Virus record (IMG/VR): IMGVR_UViG_3300029305_002828
Span: 1-64,000 of that record
Direction: 5' to 3' (one strand)
From: a virus
Taxonomy: Duplodnaviria > Caudoviricetes
Length of the DNA: 64,000 nucleotides
Both the position numbers and the translations under genes were made by a program. Below are positions 58,565 through 64,000 of the stretch, piece after piece. The number at the start of each line of letters is the position of its first letter. The stretch's first letter is position 1. The notes beneath the pieces are model-generated. The model saw nothing but the letters and a program-made list of their open reading frames with translations. It made no database searches and was not told where the DNA came from.

Positions 58565-60646
58565 ATGGCTGATTCAAGTCGAGTAAATGGTTCTATTCGT
58601 AGAGATCTATATGTATTTGAAGATGAGAATAATCCTAGGACTAGTCAAGCTGAAAATGTATTACCTAGTACTATCCTAGATCAAGTATATGATGATCTAT
58701 CTCCTACGAAGAAAAATCTTAGAACTATTCTAGAAGAGCTTCGTCAGGAAATCATTACTGGTGGTAGAGGAAATATTAAGTTTCCAGTTACTTCAGTAAA
58801 TGGTATGATGGACGATGTTATTCTGAATAAGAAAAACATTGGTCTTGATAAAGTTGACAATACGAGTGATATTGATAAACCTTTGTCTAATCCTCAAAGA
58901 CAAGCTGTAATGGAAATTCTTAAAGGATATGATTTTAAGGTAAACTTGGATGAGTTATATACTCATTTAATGAATACAGATAATCCTCATGATGTTACTT
59001 TAGAGCAGATCAACAAAGATGATGTTCTTGCTACCTTTGTTAGACATTATATTGGGTTGCATAATACATCTCAGAGTTCAACTGTACATGCTGATATCCG
59101 TGGTAGTTTAAGACGGTTATGGGTATTAGTAGATGGAATCAATGGTAATGTTGAAGAGAAGATTGAAACTGTATTAGAGTCTCTCGATAACCATTTGAAT
59201 GATGAAAATGCTCATCTTGCTTTATTTGAAAAGAAAGAAAATATTGAGAATAAAGTAGTTGAGTTTAATTCTACTACTAATGTAGACCACACTAAATATC
59301 CTACTACGAGAGCAGTTGTTGAATTTGTTGCTAAAAAGCTTGTTGAATTCGAAGAGACTTTACCTGATATTGAACATTGGATTGATGATATCAAGGTAGT
59401 AGAAAAACGCAGTAGTCTTCCCAGGGCATCTATAACTACTTTCCATAAAGCCTATTTCATTAGGTATGGAGAAACTTCTCATCCTGAGATTGCTATTTGT
59501 AGAATGAATCCTGATGGTAAGACATTCGATTGGGATATCACTCCTTTTAGTACTTTTAGTAAGTATAATCAAAATCACTTTGAAGATACTACTGAAGGTT
59601 TCTCTATTAAGATGGGAAGTATAGTAGATTCAATCTTAGGTGATAATGGTGCTTTAAATTTGTCTCTGTCAAATATCTTAAAAGGATATTATACTAAGAC
59701 TGAGATTGATGATCTTAAATACATTAATCACATTAAGATTCTTCCTGGAACTACTGATGGTACGATTCGCTTCTATACAAATAATGATATCATGACAATG
59801 TCTGAGGACATTGCTGTTGCAGGATTAAAACGTCTTGCATATCTTGAATGGGTTACAGAGAATGAAATTTGGGATAATGCTATTCATGAGCGTCACATTG
59901 TTCATAAAGCAGTCGCTACTAAACATATTCAGGATAGAGCAGTTAAACCCTTGAATATTGAATGTCCTTATGGATTCATTATTGGTAATGACCATGATAC
60001 TGAAAATCCAACTGCGAATCATATCACTCTTGAACAGCTGGCAACTTATTTACGTCCATTGATTGGTGGATGGCCTGATCCTAATGTACCTGGTGGAAAC
60101 CCCTGGTATGATAGGTTATCAATCCAATTAATGCAAACCCAGAACTGGTTGATTGGTGTTGAATATTCTTTTGGTAATGGTGGATATGGTATTCGCTTTA
60201 CAGGTAATATTAGCTGTATTGAGAATATGCGTCATAAGCTATTACTTACTCAGAATATCACAACAACTACTGGTTTTATTCTTCTGGATGCCGGTGGTGC
60301 ATGGATGTATCAATCCGATCCTGATGAAGAATGGACTGTACTTGGTGGTTCTAATATCACTGGTCATACATTTGGTACTGTTACTTTAGATAAGAATGGT
60401 TTGTATTTAGAAACCATTTCTACTGGTAACCGTATCAATGCTCCATTTGATGTATGGATTAAATATACAAAGACTAAGGATATCAATAAGTATCCTGTTA
60501 TTCAACCTCCATATGAGGAAGAGGATCTTGAGGATGGTCCATATCCTAACTATTATAATATGACTGTCCAACAGGTCGATGAATCTGAAGTTGGAGTATT
60601 GGATAATGTGAAAGTTGAACGACTAGCAGTCAATGAAAATACGTAA
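58565..60646 (+). CDS. Tail fibre-like virion protein
   Basis: VTSVNG..DVILNKKNIGLDKVDNTSDIDKPLS, HLMNTDNPHDVT, KYPTTRAV, AVATKHIQDRAV fibre motifs. Confidence 0.75.
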   Translation: MADSSRVNGSIRRDLYVFEDENNPRTSQAENVLPSTILDQVYDDLSPTKKNLRTILEELRQEIITGGRGNIKFPVTSVNGMMDDVILNKKNIGLDKVDNTSDIDKPLSNPQRQAVMEILKGYDFKVNLDELYTHLMNTDNPHDVTLEQINKDDVLATFVRHYIGLHNTSQSSTVHADIRGSLRRLWVLVDGINGNVEEKIETVLESLDNHLNDENAHLALFEKKENIENKVVEFNSTTNVDHTKYPTTRAVVEFVAKKLVEFEETLPDIEHWIDDIKVVEKRSSLPRASITTFHKAYFIRYGETSHPEIAICRMNPDGKTFDWDITPFSTFSKYNQNHFEDTTEGFSIKMGSIVDSILGDNGALNLSLSNILKGYYTKTEIDDLKYINHIKILPGTTDGTIRFYTNNDIMTMSEDIAVAGLKRLAYLEWVTENEIWDNAIHERHIVHKAVATKHIQDRAVKPLNIECPYGFIIGNDHDTENPTANHITLEQLATYLRPLIGGWPDPNVPGGNPWYDRLSIQLMQTQNWLIGVEYSFGNGGYGIRFTGNISCIENMRHKLLLTQNITTTTGFILLDAGGAWMYQSDPDEEWTVLGGSNITGHTFGTVTLDKNGLYLETISTGNRINAPFDVWIKYTKTKDINKYPVIQPPYEEEDLEDGPYPNYYNMTVQQVDESEVGVLDNVKVERLAVNENT

Positions 60647-60746
60647 GTAAATGATAAAGTGGTGGGTATTACACCCACCACTTTATTTTCTTATTATTTA
60701 CATTCCATTTAATTAAGTTAAAATATATCAAAGAGGTGAATGTAAA

Positions 60747-62561
60747 ATGAATGCATTTAAACTAGAAAAAGATATTATACTGTACAAGGTGCAGTTTGAT
60801 AAATATTGTCTAAATCTTTTTCATGAATATAGACTAGATAGATTGTCTCTAGATGTAGATGGATTATTATTTAGGATCAAATATATGGTTAAAAATAATA
60901 AAGATCTTGATAAGATTCCAGAGTTACAAGATCAGTTTATTGAAAAGGCTAGACAACTTCACAATTCTTTCGGTGAATTCCTATATCTTTTAATCGCTCA
61001 AGTTATTGGTATTCCGGATCCGTTTAAACTTGATGACTTAGAAGATATATTAGCACAAGATGTAAAGATCGATACTACCTATGTGAAGTTTAAGATGGTA
61101 GTAGTATCAAGTAATAAAGAATTCCTTGAGTATATTGATAATAGTATTCCTGAGGATGAAGTCTATAATATTGATAAAACCGAATATTTTAGATTTAATA
61201 CTGATTCTTATAATGATGGAGTATCTAAAGCATATCCAGAATTATTTGAAGATCGTCATCAGGATGTTGTCGGTAAAGGTGCAGATGGAGATGTCTTCGT
61301 TCATAACTTCACATTTCAAACATCAGAAAGATGTTCCCTTAACTGCACTTACTGTTATCAGTTTAATAAAACTCCAATGAGAATGCCATTTGAAACAGCT
61401 AAAACTTTCATTGATAATCTTTTAGCAGATAAATATGGATATATTAACAGATATAATTCTCCTGCCATTATCATTGAATTTATTGGTGGAGAACCTTTAA
61501 TGGAGATTAAACTTACTAGGAAGATTTATGAATATTTCCTTGAGAGATGTTATGAGTTAGATCATCCTTGGTTTACACTTCATAGAGTATCCATCTGCTC
61601 TAATGGTATGCAATATTTCAATCCAGATGTCCAAGCATTCTTTAATGATTATGCTCAGAATGTCTCCTTTAATATTTCAATTGATGGTAATAAAGAGTTG
61701 CATGATGCTTGTAGAATTCAGCCTAACGGTGAAGGTAGTTATGATATAGACATGGCTGCTCTTAATCATTATAACAAACATTTTACTCCAGAGCGTAATT
61801 CTAAGATGACTCTTGCTCCATCTAATATGAAATACCTATTTGATTCTGTAGTAGATTTCATTAATAATGGAATGACATGTATCAATATTAACTGTATCTT
61901 TGAAGAGGGATGGAATCAAGAAACTGCTTTAATTGAATATCAACAATTAAAGAAGTTAACAGACTATATCTTAGATAACAATCTTGAGCATCTCTATATT
62001 GCTATCTTTAATGAGATACAGGAAGATATGTTTTCTAAGTATAATGATTCTGCTCCATGTGGTGGTCAAGGATCGATGCTTGCATTAAGACCTAATGGCC
62101 AGTTCTATCCTTGTATTCGTTATATGCCTACATCAGTTGGTGATAATGTAAAGGATCTTTGTATTGGCCATATTGATACAGGTATTGTTGGGCGTGAGCA
62201 AGATTCTGAAATTCTTCAGATGATGGACAGAATTACTCGTAGAAGTTACAGTAATGATATTTGTTATGAATGTCCATTGAGTAATGATTGTGCAAACTGT
62301 ATTGCACTTGGCCATACTGTATTTGGTACACCTAATAAAAGACCTACATTTATTTGTATACAGATGATTGCAGAAGCATTAGCTAATGTATATTACTGGA
62401 ATAGATTATTGCTTAAACATCCTGAATATGATCTTCCTATACGAAAGAATGTAGTTCCTGATGAGTGGTCTTTATTGGTAATTGATAAAGATGAACTTGA
62501 TTCTCTTAAACTATTAGAGTGTGCTGCAATCGCTTCTAAGATAGAGTTAGGAGGTAAATAA
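60747..62561 (+). CDS. Radical SAM/SPASM maturase resembling the CXXX-repeat-target family, with an N-terminal extension of about 180 aa
   Basis: TFQTSERCSLNCTYCYQ, EFIGGEPL, ISIDG; SPASM CGG...YPCIRY...CYECPLSNDCANC...FIC; C-terminal LANVYYWN. Confidence 0.85.
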   Translation: MNAFKLEKDIILYKVQFDKYCLNLFHEYRLDRLSLDVDGLLFRIKYMVKNNKDLDKIPELQDQFIEKARQLHNSFGEFLYLLIAQVIGIPDPFKLDDLEDILAQDVKIDTTYVKFKMVVVSSNKEFLEYIDNSIPEDEVYNIDKTEYFRFNTDSYNDGVSKAYPELFEDRHQDVVGKGADGDVFVHNFTFQTSERCSLNCTYCYQFNKTPMRMPFETAKTFIDNLLADKYGYINRYNSPAIIIEFIGGEPLMEIKLTRKIYEYFLERCYELDHPWFTLHRVSICSNGMQYFNPDVQAFFNDYAQNVSFNISIDGNKELHDACRIQPNGEGSYDIDMAALNHYNKHFTPERNSKMTLAPSNMKYLFDSVVDFINNGMTCININCIFEEGWNQETALIEYQQLKKLTDYILDNNLEHLYIAIFNEIQEDMFSKYNDSAPCGGQGSMLALRPNGQFYPCIRYMPTSVGDNVKDLCIGHIDTGIVGREQDSEILQMMDRITRRSYSNDICYECPLSNDCANCIALGHTVFGTPNKRPTFICIQMIAEALANVYYWNRLLLKHPEYDLPIRKNVVPDEWSLLVIDKDELDSLKLLECAAIASKIELGGK

Positions 62562-63521
62562 ATGAATTCGGTATCAATTAAACCAAACAGTCTCTCTATA
62601 GGATACAATGTTACAGGTCAAGATTTTTTTGATACAATTTCTGGATTCTCTGATTTTGTTCATTCATATTTTTTCTCACTAACTGAGGATGTTCATGGTA
62701 ATAAGTTTGATTCCGATAAAACATTCAAGACTCTATGTGAATGTGAGAAGTATGGAATGAAAGGAAATCTATTACTTAACCGATTTGATTCTTCTGGTTT
62801 ATATTGGCATCTGGTTCAAAAAGCAAGAGAAATCGACGGATTATCCGGTGTCACAGTTATTCATCCAAAGATTGCTGAATGTATTAAACAGGATTTTCCA
62901 GAATTAGAAGTTCATATTTCTGTTCGATATTGGGATTGGTTGGGTGATAGAGATGGAACAATCCGCACAAATCCATTCGACAAGATTAAACTTCTAGCTG
63001 AGTCTGGAGTAGATGTTGTAAATATATCTGGCGAACTTCATTTCAATAATAATGATGTAATTGAATATATCCATGAAGTTGGAATGAAAGCAAAAATCAT
63101 TATTAATGAAGGATGTATTATTGGTAGGGAATATAACTATAATAAATTTCCGGAGTTTGAAGAATTTGATTGTAAGGGTGATAAAGGTGGTAAGGATGGT
63201 AAATGTGGACGACATTGTATAGATTTATTTGAAAAGTATCCTTGGATGAAATTATCTAGAATAGGATTATTTAAGGAAGATCTATTATATCATAATTATG
63301 ATATTTTTAAAATTGCTTCCAGAATGATTTCGAATAAAGATCTATATGACATTTTAGTTAAATTCGTTCTAAGCCCTAGAACTATAAATCTCTTTGGAGT
63401 TCCTATAACTGATGATAATTATCAAGCATTTATGAATTGGATTGCTGACAGATCTAATTGTCCAATTGACTGCTATAATTGTAGGAAATGTGAATACCAC
63501 TATAATCAAATAACAAAATGA
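62562..63521 (+). CDS. Peptidase U32-family (Fe-S) protein
   Basis: VTVIHPKIAECIKQDFPELEVHISV, IINEGC, FKIASR, C-terminal CPIDCYNCRKC. Confidence 0.7.
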   Translation: MNSVSIKPNSLSIGYNVTGQDFFDTISGFSDFVHSYFFSLTEDVHGNKFDSDKTFKTLCECEKYGMKGNLLLNRFDSSGLYWHLVQKAREIDGLSGVTVIHPKIAECIKQDFPELEVHISVRYWDWLGDRDGTIRTNPFDKIKLLAESGVDVVNISGELHFNNNDVIEYIHEVGMKAKIIINEGCIIGREYNYNKFPEFEEFDCKGDKGGKDGKCGRHCIDLFEKYPWMKLSRIGLFKEDLLYHNYDIFKIASRMISNKDLYDILVKFVLSPRTINLFGVPITDDNYQAFMNWIADRSNCPIDCYNCRKCEYHYNQITK

Positions 63522-63523
63522 TT

Positions 63524-63557
63524 GATTAGGATAGGGATTCTAAATCCCTATCCTAAT
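63524..63557. terminator. Intrinsic terminator
   Basis: ATTAGGATAGGGATT/AATCCCTATCCTAAT. Confidence 0.7.
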
Positions 63558-63618
63558 TTACTTAACTGGAACGACTTATTAAGTCATGATTGAAATAAGT
63601 AACATGGAGGTGATTTAA

Positions 63619-64000
63619 TTGAATAGAGATTTATATTCTAATATAGAATTTACTGATCTCAAAGAAAGATTAAATCAAGAGATATTACGTAGAGGAACTT
63701 ATCGATGGTGGGATCCTCTTACTACTCCATCAGTTGGTGAAGACCAAAGTCCACCATTAACTATACCTGCTTCTGGAGGGCAGATTATAGTTGATGATAA
63801 AACTTATACTGTCAATAATCCTTCTGAAGGATCTCTTGAAAGAACTAGGAATGTTCATTATCCAGCCCAAGGAGAAAACCCTGCTGGACAAAACCCTGAT
63901 CGAAAATCTACTGTACCTAATACATCTGCAGCTCAATTAAATGTAGATGAACTTCGAAACCTATTGATTGGTCTAGCTAAGATACAAGATATCAACCTAT
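63619..64000 (+). CDS. 5' part of a probable virion protein, candidate rSAM substrate (runs off the window)
   Basis: TTG start after GGAGGTG; MNRDLYSNIEFTDLKERLNQEILRRGTYRWW... open to the window end. Confidence 0.65.
   Translation, partial: MNRDLYSNIEFTDLKERLNQEILRRGTYRWWDPLTTPSVGEDQSPPLTIPASGGQIIVDDKTYTVNNPSEGSLERTRNVHYPAQGENPAGQNPDRKSTVPNTSAAQLNVDELRNLLIGLAKIQDINL

Noticed and set aside
1-64000. CRISPR array, IS/transposase, integrase, stop-codon reassignment
   Set aside because: No regularly spaced direct repeats or recombinase motifs seen; genes are long and intact in the standard code, and no suppressor tRNA is present.

Overview
AT-rich, gene-dense segment that looks like a jumbo (phiKZ/AR9-related) tailed phage genome, probably infecting a Firmicute/Clostridia host (strong AGGAGG-type RBSs, Bacillota-style tRNA-Ile2; host is inference). 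Standard genetic code. Recognisable content: a minus-strand tRNA cluster (Ile2, Leu, Asn, Gln, an atypical AUA-anticodon tRNA, Lys) with long GC-richer structured spacers; an ABC permease/ATPase/PspA/substrate-binding-OmpA operon; T4 gp61-like primase; PhuZ/tubulin followed by a BCS1-like AAA+ ATPase; large probable virion proteins (2744, ~1023, 693 aa); SF2 helicase; YqeK-like HD hydrolase; a multisubunit RNA polymerase beta' polypeptide (DYDGD); cold-shock protein; FolD; RecA/UvsX; a free-standing degenerate intein/LAGLIDADG gene; a degenerate Dda/RecD-like helicase; two sensor-only membrane proteins plus a holin-like gene; an HU-like protein; a lytic transglycosylase; and, at the right end, a radical SAM/SPASM maturase plus a U32-family Fe-S protein embedded among tail/virion genes. 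A recurrent (A/G)TTATATATT(A/C)T promoter motif and many bidirectional terminators partition the genes. Best candidates for an undescribed system: the rSAM/U32 module (possible post-translational modification of virion proteins), the phage-borne Psp/ABC/OmpA envelope module, and the structured ncRNA in the tRNA cluster. All family calls are from motif recognition by eye; no searches were run.
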